64,000 bases of DNA from Paramecium tetraurelia (taxonomy: Eukaryota), in the NCBI GenBank assembly GCA_000165425.1, contig CT868663.1, forward strand, positions 1 through 64,000, given 5' to 3'. Below are positions 26,671-39,170 of the stretch, piece after piece; position 1 is the first letter of the stretch; each line of letters starts with the position of its first letter. A program made the position numbers and the translations under genes. Below the pieces are notes generated by a model that did not search any database, was not told the DNA's origin, and saw only the letters and a program-made list of their open reading frames with translations.

Positions 26671-28198
26671 ATGAATAATTTATACGTTCGAATATCTCTT
26701 ATATGTGGTGCTTTGTCAACCTCTTATTTTGTGAAGTAGTATTTTGAAGAGACGTACTTTCGAAGACTCCGATTCATCAGAAAACTAGCAAGAACCTATT
26801 TTAAGAAAGATGATGGAACAGAAATGTTCGATGATCAGATTATTGGCAATGTGGTTGCCAGAAGTGACGGAATGCATCTGCACTTCGGTAACATGAAACA
26901 ATATGTCGCCTAAAAGTTTTCTACACCCACAGCAATCATTTATGTTTAAAAAGTGGAAGCTATCAAAAAAATAGTATAAAAAGCTGCTAAATATGGATTC
27001 AAAGTTACTACTATGGATGTTGATAGTATTGAAGACTACAAACAACAACTTTAAAATAATCTTAACTTGTCCCAAAAAGAAATCAAGAGACTTACGTATT
27101 GTAAACACCCTTTTTTGATCATCAATCTGCGGAAGGTTCAGCATAAAGAATATGATTCATAAACTCAAATTGTCAAAGTGGGAGTAGGTAATAAAATACA
27201 AGACGTGAATTAATACTTGGCATAATACGGTCGAAGAATTCCATTGGCAGGCTAATAAAGACTATTTACAGTATTGAGTGACAATTCTACTCCCTTGGAT
27301 TCTGTAGAGTATGATAATCTTAATTAAATTGTTACTGGCTTGGTTGCCATTTCACCGATGTCTCACTAACTCTAAACTGAAACACCCACAGCTTCTTCGA
27401 TCATCAACTAACTGTTTATTGGGCAATAACATAGATTTGGTATTGTATACGAAGTTTCTCTTAAAACCGAATCTTTGGAATTACCTGTTAAATAAGAGAT
27501 TAATTTAGACAAAAGATATATTAGTAAAACTAATTTATACTACCTATTCGATTCATTAATTAAATTATCTTAATAACACAGACAAAAAGTAATAATTTTA
27601 ATAAATTGCTTAGATTTAATTTCTTTATGATTGTTATTCAAATTAATATAAAATAATCTAACAAGGAACACAAAACCTTCCAGACTTGAAATAAACCTTA
27701 GACACTGTAGTTGATAAATATGTCACTAGATAATTATGGAATCACAATACTAATAAATAGATCAAGAATAATAGTATCAATCATAATTTAAATGAGGAGA
27801 TGTCTCTACAATTAAAATATTAACTTTCTTCCTCCCAATTATTATCTTGTCTATTACAACTCAAAGAACTATAACTGAAATAACAACAACAATAATTCTA
27901 GGTTCAAGTTGATTTCAAAACTGGATTTCTAACAGTCAACATTGACTAGAATTTGCCTTCCAACGAAAAATTGCAAATGGTCAAATCCTTTACACACTAT
28001 GTAAGTAACAGAAAGGGCAAATTTATTCAATGCAATGATAAATTAATTAACAGAATGCTCAAACTAGAAACTTATCCTATGGAATTAGGATTGAATTCTA
28101 TGAGATTGGAGCATTAATTTGCTGAGCTTCTAGATAAAAATAAAGTTATGTTTCATGAGTTCTTATAACATACTGAGTTAGATGAACAAATTAGTTGA
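26671..28198 (+). CDS. Divergent FAD-linked oxidase (D-lactate dehydrogenase/glycolate oxidase-like, PCMH fold)
   Basis: TPTAIIYVQKVEAIKKIVQKAAKYGFKVT, LIINLRKV, VKVGVG, LFIGQQHRFGIVYEVSLK, C-terminal ELGLNSMRLEHQFAELLDKNKVMF; one intron near 27590. Confidence 0.7.
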
Positions 28199-28239
28199 GT
28201 ATCCAAACTGTAAATTATCGATACAAAATAAATAAAAAT

Positions 28240-29103
28240 TCATTTATATTTTGCACGAAAGCTGCTAATGTTCTTCTCATTCAATATAAAAGAATGACTG
28301 TCCAATAATTCATTCATCTCCTTTACAAAATTTATTAAAGATTAGGAATTTTGTTGTATTTATAAACTTAGTATGGCATTGTTATTTTCTAATTCTTTCA
28401 ACTTAAATGAATAAATAATAAGATTACTCTATTTTCTTAATTAGAATTCTTTGTTGAAGAAGGTTATCGTTTTAGTTCCAAAAGGTCACTTTCATATCTC
28501 TGAATCAACTTCATTTTTTATTATAGTTTAATTGTGCAATCGCTCTCCCTCTATTTTTGTTAATACAATATTCCCTCCAATTCTTCATTCTTTTTCCTCT
28601 GCCTATCTATGTCTTCATCCTTCTGATTTAATTTGAATAAAAATTCTTTCTTTTACTTCTCGTTTTCCTCTTTTAGTTTCAGTTCCTAATTTCTGGCTTT
28701 TGAAATTATTTAAATTTTATGAAACGCTTAGAAATTCAACTGAATATTTACCTATAAACTAATTCTCTTGAGCATGCTTTTCACAAAAATAAAATAATCC
28801 ATTTAACTTCAACTTCATTCTTTACGCTATCGATAATGCATTTACCATTAGAGAATGCTTTTAATTTGTTGATCTATCCTTAATTTAAAATAGAGCGTAT
28901 GCCTTCTCATTATTTTATCTGAAATTATATTTGTCAATTTACCTTTATCGCAAAGTAGATGATATTTTCAATAATGCTGCATCCATTTTAGTGAAGATCA
29001 TTTAATATTTACACATCATACCCATTGTTTCTAATTACATCATCTATTGTTTATGCTATTCATCCAATGTATTACCATCTTGGCAATTATCGTTAGCACT
29101 CAT
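28240..29103 (-). CDS. Hypothetical coiled-coil protein
   Basis: ATG 29103; continuous code-6 frame with two 25-26 nt introns; ELKLKEENEKQKKEF heptads; TGA at 28240. Confidence 0.75.
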
Positions 29104-29609
29104 TGAATTTCAAATAAAAATATATTATATAAACATAATTTATAAAATGCATTCTTATTAAACATTGTACAAGCAGGAAGTATTGATAATTAAAGTTTTT
29201 ACATATCTATGAAATGTAAATAAGAGATTATCTTCAAATCAATTAAGGCAAGAGAGGATAAAGATAGAAATTTTCCACCTCACAAATATACATCATTTTA
29301 TATGGTTGTAAATCATTTATAATTATATGTCCTAATAATAATTTTCTTAATTTTCTGTAAAATTGTCAAAGTAAAATAGACATTTTCTATATCTGTAACA
29401 CTTAAATAAATTGACTTTAGAATAATTTTATAATCGTTAACTCAAAAATGAATTACATATATATATCGTTAAATAACATTATTAAATTTATATATAAAAA
29501 ATAACTAAAGAAACTTTAAATTAATATAAACTGATATAAATCTGATTAGAAAATACACCAAAGGGATCTTAAAGTGAAAAATTATTTAAAATTTACATAT
29601 AATAAAATA

Positions 29610-30833
29610 ATGGTGCGAAGATCGAAATCTATGGAGAGGACAATAAAAGAAGGAAATGATTATCTATAAAGAATGGAATAAGTAGACAGAGCTCGATAAA
29701 GGAACTAAAATGGATAAAAAAGACAAAGGGAGTTGAGGGAAGTATAAGAGTAAAAGAAATAAAAGGAAACACCTAAGAAAATAGTTCAATAAAAATAAGT
29801 TCAGGTAAAAAGAGAAAAATAGGAAAAATAATAAAATAAAACAAAAGAAGATCTTTAAAAATAGTCATAAATATCTATCTCTAAATCTTCAAGAAAAATC
29901 GAAAAAAAAACCCCCATTTAAATGTAAAAGGGCTAAAAAAATGACCTTATTAAGTAAAAAGTTTAAAAGCAATCACAACCTGAAAAAAGAAAAAGTAATA
30001 ATGAGATGGAAGTAGAAAAGAAGAATGAAAAATTAGTTGCAAAGAAACAAGAAATGAAAGTAGAAAAAAGTACCGCAAAGCCTTAATAATAATAATAATA
30101 GTAACCTAAGTAGGGACCTAGAAAAACAAAATCCAATATATCAGCAGCTTCAGATGTCAATTAACCTTCAATTGGAATGGTTGATTGTGTATTTGTTGTA
30201 GATACAACAGGATCAATGGATGTTTACTTGGAAAGAACGACAGATGCAGTTTAAATGTTAGTTGAAAGAATAAAATAATAGTCAAAAAATGAATAAGTAA
30301 GTGTGAGATTCGGATTAGTATGTTATCGAGATCATCCACCTTAAGAATTAACATATGTTACAGAATTGCATGATTTATGCTCTAATAGGGAGATACTAAA
30401 AGCAATACAGAAATCAGATTGCTCTGGTGGAGGTGATGGTGCTGAAGCAGTCTTGGATGGACTGAATGTAGCAGCATAATAAATAAGTTGGAGAGATAGT
30501 AGCAAGATTCCTAGTCTCAGATACATATTTCATATTTGTGATCAACCACCCCATGGAAAAGAATTCGGTGGATATAGTGAGCTATGGGACTAGACTGGGT
30601 GTCCATGTGGTTTAAAACCTGATTAAATAATTCATAGAATCAATATGAGATAAATTCACTACAGATTAATTAAGGCAGATCACACAAGATTAGAAAAATT
30701 TGCTGACTACTTTAGGGGAAAGGTTGTGAATTATGATGAAGTCACTCTTGAGAATGGAGTTGCAGATGGCATGGAAATAAAAATCAGTGATATGGTTATC
30801 AGAGAACTTTGTCCAGATATTCTTCTTGATTGA
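29610..30833 (+). CDS. vWA-domain protein with Lys/Gln-rich low-complexity N-terminus
   Basis: VDCVFVVDTTGSM (MIDAS), VRFGLVCYRDHPP, GGGDGAEAVLDGL, ISWR, ICDQPPHG. Confidence 0.9.
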
Positions 30834-30866
30834 TATATTTTTATTATAAATTATATTATATAAAAA

Positions 30867-32620
30867 ATGAATGAAGGAATTTTCAATGATTTCAATGAAA
30901 AAGAACAGGTGTTCGAATTTACTAAAGGGAATTAAACATTCATCAGAGACATGGGAACAGTTACCGATTATAAAGTAAAGAATTAAGGAACAACTACTAA
31001 AAAGGAATGTGAGGATTTTGAAGTACTATTCTTTATATTCAGCAATAAATAGACTAAAACGAATTATAATAAACAAAAGGAAAGCTATATATAATGCAAT
31101 TTGATTAAAATAAATTGGCTCAATTCTTAAAAAGAGTTGTGCCAACAGTTATAAAAGAATTAGATGAATCATTAAATTTGAAAAAATACCATAGTAAAAA
31201 TAATATTCATTTAGGTTACAAACCAATATCTGATGTCTAGAAGAAGGAAACGGAATTAGTTTACATTCTAAAAAATGCTTAAAATAAATCTGTAGAGTTG
31301 GAAAAGAAATTAGAAATTACCGATATACAATGGAATTCCAATGGATTGATGATAGCTGCATCTTATGGTTGTTTAGAACATATGGGTTAATGCTCCCATA
31401 CGTCTTACATTAATTGCTGGAACATTTTCAAAAGAGATTTCAAACCCGACAAGCCAACCACAGTAATAGAGACTAATACTTGCAATATGTGCATGCAGTT
31501 CCATCCAACTAAACCGAATATTTTAGCAGTTGGAAGTTTTAATGGAGAATTGTATCTTTATGACGTTTCTACAAATTCGGAATTGGCTCATTCCACTATT
31601 GATGAGTATTATCACAGAGAAAGCATAACTGCTGTCCTTTGGTTATAAGATGAGTCAGTATAAAATAGATATTATGTAGATCATGACATTGGGTTGTGAA
31701 GGCAAAGTATTGATATGGAATCCAGAAAGGGGAAATGGTGAGTTTAGTTTGCAGAACCCATTGAAAGGGTGTTATTTGGTTAGAAAGAAGGAGTCTCAAA
31801 CCGAAAGTGTAGGAGGAGTTTGTATTTCATAATCTAATGAGGATCCTTTTTCTTTTATAGTTGGGAGTGAAGGAGGTTCTGTTTTGAGGGCCTAGGTTAC
31901 TCCCATCAATTATACAATGACTAAATAGGCATATTTAGATTCTAGGGGTAATAATTTTAAATATTTGCAAAAGACAAAGGACTTATATGGAAGGAGGAGA
32001 CCATTTTATTTATGTAGAATTTAAATTAAAAATGTTTACCAGAAATTAGATTGCATGTGGAAAGTTATTGCAAAGAACGAAAAATAAACAATATATTCAT
32101 CCAATAACTTGTCAATTCGAAACCTGATATAAGGAAAATGTATGCCAATCCTATTAATTATGCCTATGAAGCTCATTACGGAACAGTTTATTCAATTAAT
32201 TTTTCCCCATTTGTGAAATCTGCTTTCATTACTGCTTCAATGGATGGACAAATTAGATTATATCTACAAAATACAGCTCGATGTTTGGCTGTCTATGAAT
32301 ACATTTAAACATACATTTTATCAGCTTAGTTTTCTCCAACTAGACCTTGTGTATTTGCAGCGTGTGATAGTTTGGGATAAATTTTGATCTTTGATCTAAC
32401 TTAAGATACGCAGTAATAGGTAAAATTTGATCAATAACTATAGGTAGTGACACTTAAAAATGACGGGTAGAGTGCTTCTTGTATAAGGTTCAATTAAAGA
32501 CAGTAAGACTTATTGGCTTGCTCATATCAAGGGTGTGAGGTGAGAATCTTTTAATTAAATGATGAATTAACATAACCAAAAGAGAATGAATTGAAAGAGC
32601 TTTAATAATTATTAAGTTGA
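30867..32620 (+). CDS. WDR34: Dynein-2 (IFT dynein) intermediate chain, WDR34-like
   Basis: IQWNSNGLMIAASYGCLEH...CWNIFKRDFKPDKP...FHPTKPNILAVGSFNGEL, HREAIT, FIVGSEGG, FSPTRPCVFA match WDR34/DYNC2I2 as I recall it. Confidence 0.85.
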
Positions 32621-32668
32621 TGTATAATTATATAATTTTATCATTTAATTGATTATTAACAATTTTAT

Positions 32669-35600
32669 TCAAGGAGTATCTATGTTAAAATCTGTTGGCA
32701 GAACTCTATTTAATTTATGAAATTATTAGATTGATCTTTAAAAATCAGTCATGTTGTTTGATCTTCTGAGACTTTTTTTATTGGAAAATCTCTTAATTAG
32801 TTCTCTCTTTTTTTCACCCAATTGTTCCTCATCATTGTAATACTTTTTCTTTGTTTTATGGAACTTTTCAAAATATTCATTCGGATAAGATAGATATTTT
32901 ATAAGATAAGTCTATAAATACAACTTTCGTTTCTCTTATGAGTTTAGTATTTATTGTAATATTATAGTTGTTTAAGACTGAAGTTGAAATGATGACTTTT
33001 TTTTCATGAAGGATCTTTCATTTAATTGGTCCAAGACTACTGTTAGATTGTTTTAATTTAAATAATGGAGATACTCTTTGGCACAATCAAATTATTTATT
33101 TAAATCTAAGTCTTGATTAAGAGTTAAATTTAATCTTTTGTTCAAAAAGGAAAGATTTAAAAAATCTTCTTTACTAAGATACTCTTCTAATTAGGGTTGT
33201 TGAAAATAAGATGTAACAACCCAATACATACTTTTATTAAATACAAATTATGGAGAGAGTTAGTTTTAAGCATCCGTCTTTTTTTAGAAACCATTTGAAA
33301 AATGTCTCAACCTTATAATCTTTTTAACAATTTTCTAAAATTTCAATCGGATCCCAATATTTTTAATCCTAATGCTAGCTCTTTTGTAATTTGATCTCAT
33401 GGTTTTATTTTGAGGATCTAAAATACTATTAAATTCTTCTTACAAGGGTTTTATTGCATTTCAATTTTGGAGATTTGAAGAATGTCATGTAAGTTAGGTA
33501 ATTGTGATTGAGATTTGCAGCTATTATTTATAGTAACATCACGAGCTCTCATAATAGGAGATTCAGCCCCAATCTTTTCAGGTTATTACTCTAATAATTT
33601 GTTGGATAATGAATAAAATTGAATAATTGGCCATTCTCCATGATTTCTAAACATATTACTCATCTCAGATCTAAAATAATATATTAGATTATTACAAAAA
33701 CCATTAATCTAAAATTGGGTGAAACATATGTCGTGGCCTTTTCTTCCTCATAAATTGTTCTCTTTTTTGACTGTGATAAAACTGATGGCTTTTGATAACC
33801 TTTTCTCTATCCACAACAAAATGGACAACAGGACAATTTGATATTGTATGGCCACTGCAATTACATGAGATGCATTTACTTTGAACATCAAGATCATGCA
33901 TTAAAATCTAATCTTTGATAGCACAAAATGTTTCATAATCAATAGGATTTTCCCTTAGGACATCTAAAAATTCACTTCTTAGTAGCACTGTTAGTTGTAC
34001 AAATGATTCACTTTGTAACTGTAAAGTTGGTAATTGACCTGTTAATAATTCATTAAGACCAAAATATTGTCCTTAATGAAATTTGATCAGTTCTGAATTA
34101 TCTATTTTGCTGTTGTTTTATAAATGTAGTTCCCCTGATTCTATAAAGCAAAGACACGGTTCAATAAATTAGGGTAATTGAGAAGTTATTGTCTGCTCTG
34201 GGTTTATGAAAACAGTTTTTAGCAACTTTATCAATTTTGATTTAGTTTGATTAGTAAAAGTATTTTTAATGAATTCGCATTTGTCTAATATCGAGGAATT
34301 AGCTTCTTCAATCAATTTGTTTTTTAGATTTTCTGAAAGCGAATTAATTAGGACTTCTTCCATTTCATTCTCTTCTTTCATTTATTAACTCCAATAGATT
34401 TTTATGTATTGTCTAATCCTAATTACTATGATATTATAGCTTACTAATATTATAATCCAAAGCTGATGTTCTTTTTACTCATGTATTTATTTATTATTCT
34501 TATTTTCTCAGAGGTATTTTCAGTAGCATGATTAATAGAAGAAAAGATTTATGCTACTGTGTTAATTGTAAAAGAAAGTTGAATACAAGTCGTTAACATA
34601 AACAATATAGTCAAAACCTTTTCAAGTTCATCTTTAAAATATTATGATATAATTTACTTTAAGGCACGATGTCTCCATATCCAACGCTAATCATTGTAAC
34701 AGTAGAAAAATAGAATGATTCTAAATATTAAGACACACTAGATTCATTTTTAAGATGACGATCATCCAACCAATTACTCCAATTCATTTAACCTCCATAA
34801 TCACCAATAAAAAACCACAAACAACTATACAAATGCACAATGTATAATATCATCAATAGAAGCTTTGCTAAATTCAAAATTGAAGTTGAAGTCTTGTCTA
34901 AATTTATTGATTCCTCTACATTTTTAGTTATCTTCGTGAAATAAGAAAATTAAGTAACAAAACACAATTACAGCAAGCTAATCCAATAACTCTTCACATA
35001 AAAATAATTAAAGAAGTTAAAAATAATCACTAGAATAGCCAATCCATCACTGATCAGCCCATTTTTAAGATAGTTTTTGAATATTTTATTTTTATCTATG
35101 ATTGGCTATCCATTCTCATAATAAACAGTACTCATTTTCATAATGCAATCGATCAATAGAAATAAGCACAGCGGCACTGTCAACCATATACATTAGGAGT
35201 ACAATAACCCTTTATTAAAAGCCAACTCTAAAGGAATCATTACGAAAAAGTAAATCAATACAAAGCAAAATGAGATGTCCCATATTATTTTATGAATATC
35301 CTGTGGATAAATAATCGGCAACTATTTAAATACAGTTGATACGAAATTAGGACATTCTAAAATTAAACTCAAAAGAAGCTACAAAATATTTTTAGATTTG
35401 CCTTTTTTACTTTTACTCCTTTAAATACTTTTAATTTCCCCCAAAGTCTATTCTTCGCCACTTGCCTTGTCTCCTACTATTTAAAAATGTTTATGTTTAA
35501 AAAATAATCGATGTCTTCTGGATGCTGACAATTTTGTCAAAAACCTCTTTACTAAGTAAGAAACCATAATTGATTTAGCTTGTATTTTACCAGAGTTCTC

Positions 35601-35855
35601 ATGATCCTATATCTCGTTCTTCTAAAATAGAGGTTTGATCTGTAACTCTTGTGATGATCGATACTTTCTTGTTTTTATGAAAGTTTAATGCTCATCCGAT
35701 TAAGTCTTAATTCTGTTTGTTTCAATCTCCTTTTCCTTATGATACTCATTCTGTATTTAAACTAATTCGAAACTAGCCTCCATGCAAGGATCCTTATAGT
35801 CATCTATGTTTTCATCTGTGCATAGAATCAATTCAGGCTTTAATGTTAAAGACAT
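32669..35855 (-). CDS. Cyclic-nucleotide-binding-domain K+ channel
   Basis: FYFSTVTMISVGYGD pore, VHLYSCLWF S5, CNBD GQYFGL, DYETFC. Confidence 0.92.
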
Positions 35856-36450
35856 GGATAAATTTAAAATTTTATTATTTACTCTTTGAAATATATTATA
35901 ATACAAATAATTTATTTTTGTTAATATCTTATTTCTTTACTTCACATATATTTGAGGAAAGCCTCATCTTTAAGAAACTTCCTCCACAATTATGAGATAT
36001 TAATATTCTTAATAAAAATAATTTATAATAATTTGAACGAATATAAATTAACTAGAATGCAAGTTCTAAATAGTAAATTGATTATATGAATACACTTTTT
36101 TTTTGATTTTTTTAAATAAATATTGTGTGAAATTAATATATAGAGAAATTATGATTGTTTATAAGTTAATAGTTTAATAAGGGCCATTAATACCTTAACT
36201 TATTTGCAACTTAAATCTAATAATGAAAGGCTTAGATGTTCAAAAATCAAAATCGTACTGTGATGATTTTTGTTTCAGCACTATAACCATTAAATTGAAA
36301 TTGATGACTCAATCTGTATTCTAGCAATTTATTTGAATTCATAGACTCAGAAATTAATAGTTTTTAATAACATACATAATGAAATTCCTAAGATTAATGG
36401 TTATTGTATATTATATTTTATTATTGGTATATTGGTATTATATATCATAA

Positions 36451-38204
36451 TCAATTGTTTTAGTTTGGCATCTCTAATTCCGAATTAAATGGTTATGTCA
36501 CTATGAGCTTTTATTTTCTCCATTTAAGAAATTCTAATTTGTATGCCCATTTTTTATATAGATATGAAATGACAATGACCAACCAAATTATTCCAACAAC
36601 AAGTGCATATATAGTTATGGTGTATGAAGCATATACAGATTTGTTTCCTGGGTTCTATAGAAATATAAATAAGCATTACATATTCAGATTAGTATACAAA
36701 TGAATGTGTCAATTAGCAAAGAGAATAGGGAGAATGATCAGCATGTGTAGTTTTATTTTCGCATTAAGTTGAATTTAGAGTTACAACGTAGGATTTTTGC
36801 ACAACCTCGTTTGATTAACAAGTGATTTTTGGATCTTCAAAAGATATTTCGATGTATTTAAATGCATGTTTTGCTATGCCAACCATGATTCTATTAGAGG
36901 AATTGTAAAACTTGGAAAAATCATATTCTTTGATTTTAAGGAGGTTTTCCTCTTAAAAGTAGGTTTGATGTTTAACAGCTGGATTGATGAATTTGTTGTA
37001 GATTGAATGATAAATGATCTTGTGACCATCATCTCCAATTAAAACAGCGTAGTGCTCAAATACATTGACATTATTTATTATCATTTCATCTATATACAAG
37101 TTATTGTAATAATAGGACTTAGTTTAAAAGTCAACAAATATTTCTACAGCATAATACAACTAAGTGTTAGTTTTTGCAATGAGAAAGAATGTATTTTGGT
37201 AATGATCAAAGGTTTTGGTGTTCGGGAGAAGAACGCTCATTACTTGAGTGATATTATTTAAATCTGAAATGTCATAGATATATAAACCAAATTCTGAGTC
37301 TAAAAGATAAATCTTGGTTTCATCGTCATTTGAATCAACATCAATAATAATACCATCCTCAATGCCCAGTTATTCAGGTGTTAATTGAGCTCTATGTTTA
37401 ATTTTACCATTATTTTGGATGTCATATAAATCAATGCCTTCACTTCCACATGCGATAATAATGATTTGAGCTCTTGAGTTTTTATGAACACTATATATGT
37501 GTCTTCTTAATTAAATCTCTTCAGACTCCATCTTTGCATCTCCTATACTTCCTTCTGTAGTAAAACTCACACCTCCTAATTCTGTAATGGCGTATATTTT
37601 GTTTGATCCTTCATCATCTATTAAGTAGGGATGAGGCATGTAAAATTAATCAACCATAGAGGTGTTATGTATTAATAAGTTGTTAAATGATTGATTTTTT
37701 GGATGTAAACTAATTTCTCCTAATGCAGTAGATATATCGATTTGAAATATTGAATAATCATTCCTAACCTAAAATTAAGATGTTTTGTACTATGTATGCT
37801 TTAAATTTGTTATCTGCCGTGGCCAAATCGGTGAAATGCATCCAAGGCTAAGTGAGTAATTATTCCAATTGTAACTAGAGGTTAAAATTAATGCCAATGT
37901 TTCTTTATGTAGAATAGCATCCTGAGAAAGTACCAAATTAAGTTTCTTCAATCTCCAACCCATTTAAATCAGCAGATTACTCTGTGTTATTTTCGAAAAT
38001 CTCCTTTAAGGATACTGCAAATACTCCAGGATATCTACAATCAATTCTGAAATATTACTTTGTATAACCAAATTGTTTTGTTTATCTCACTTTATTGGAA
38101 AAGTTCGAAGATGGAATTACTTCCGAATATGTTGTAATGTTGGGTTGACTGACTTTGGTGTTTTATGCAGAATAGAGTAGTTGAAATATTATGAATGCAA
38201 TCAT
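36451..38204 (-). CDS. Type-I membrane protein with probable beta-propeller ectodomain
   Basis: Signal peptide MIAFIIFQLLYSA; beta-rich segments such as IIIACGSEGIDLYDI; C-terminal TM YTITIYALVGIIWLVIVISYL followed by KKW. Confidence 0.75.
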
Positions 38205-38242
38205 AAAAATATTAATCTTATCTAAACTTATACTAATTAATT

Positions 38243-39118
38243 ATGTTAACAACTATTAATTTGAAAATCAATAATTAAGTGCTGGAGTTCGTATTAAATA
38301 AAGGAGATATCCTATGGAAGAAGGTTGAATACTTTTGCATTGAAAACAATTTACAAAGACATTAAGATCAAATTTTTAATCTGATTTACAATGAATTCTA
38401 GAAAGCAGAAAAAGAAGCAAAACCCTAATCATTGTTTAAAGCACTAACTCCTTCCAAATAGATACTTCAGCAATAGGATAGAAAAGACAAAATCCACAAA
38501 TAATAAGAAAATAGAAGCATCAGCCCTTCCGCTAAAATTCTCACTCCAAAAAAGACTTCTCACCTAAAATAACAAGCGTCTCAATTTGTTCATTTCCAAA
38601 AAAATCAATCTGGATATTAACATTTAAGAGAAGATCTGCAGACTGAACATGCACCAAATTCTATCGAGTATCAAAAGGAAAATTGCTATTTGAGAGAAAT
38701 CTAACAGTAATAACAGGACAAGGTGGATAATACTTTAATCACAAATATTGCTAAATTTGACAATTTGATTAAGGCTGTTTACAAACAAATCGAAAATATT
38801 TAAATTGATAGTACTATTTAACCTATTTGCATATAATTATATAACCGATTATTGAGCACACAAGAAAAGAGAAAATCATTAAAGTTAAATATGATTAATT
38901 ATAATCTTTTGGAAGATAAGGAAATTTATGTGTTGGAATAGATCGTCCAAAAATACTCTTTATCCTTAGCCATTGAAATGAGCAAAACTCAATTTGTAAT
39001 TTTAATGATAGGCTTGATTGTTTCAGGTGAAGACTAAAAGAAAAAAAATGGAGTTAAGGTAAGAGAATTAATCAACTTCAATCCTTCCTTAACTCCTCAT
39101 TATCAACTATATTGTTGA
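38243..39118 (+). CDS. Hypothetical protein (~291 aa)
   Basis: Code-6 ORF MLTTINLKINNQVLEFVLNKGD... ending at TGA 39116-39118. Confidence 0.7.
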
Positions 39119-39170
39119 ATACTGCAAATTATAATATATAAACATAATAATAATCTTATTTATAGAAATA

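Noticed and set aside
26785..27144. 119-aa minus-strand ORF
   Set aside because: Antisense shadow of the FAD-oxidase-like gene
36255..36350. GTGATGA...TGATGA suggesting a C/D box snoRNA
   Set aside because: No CTGA D box or terminal stem at a suitable distance
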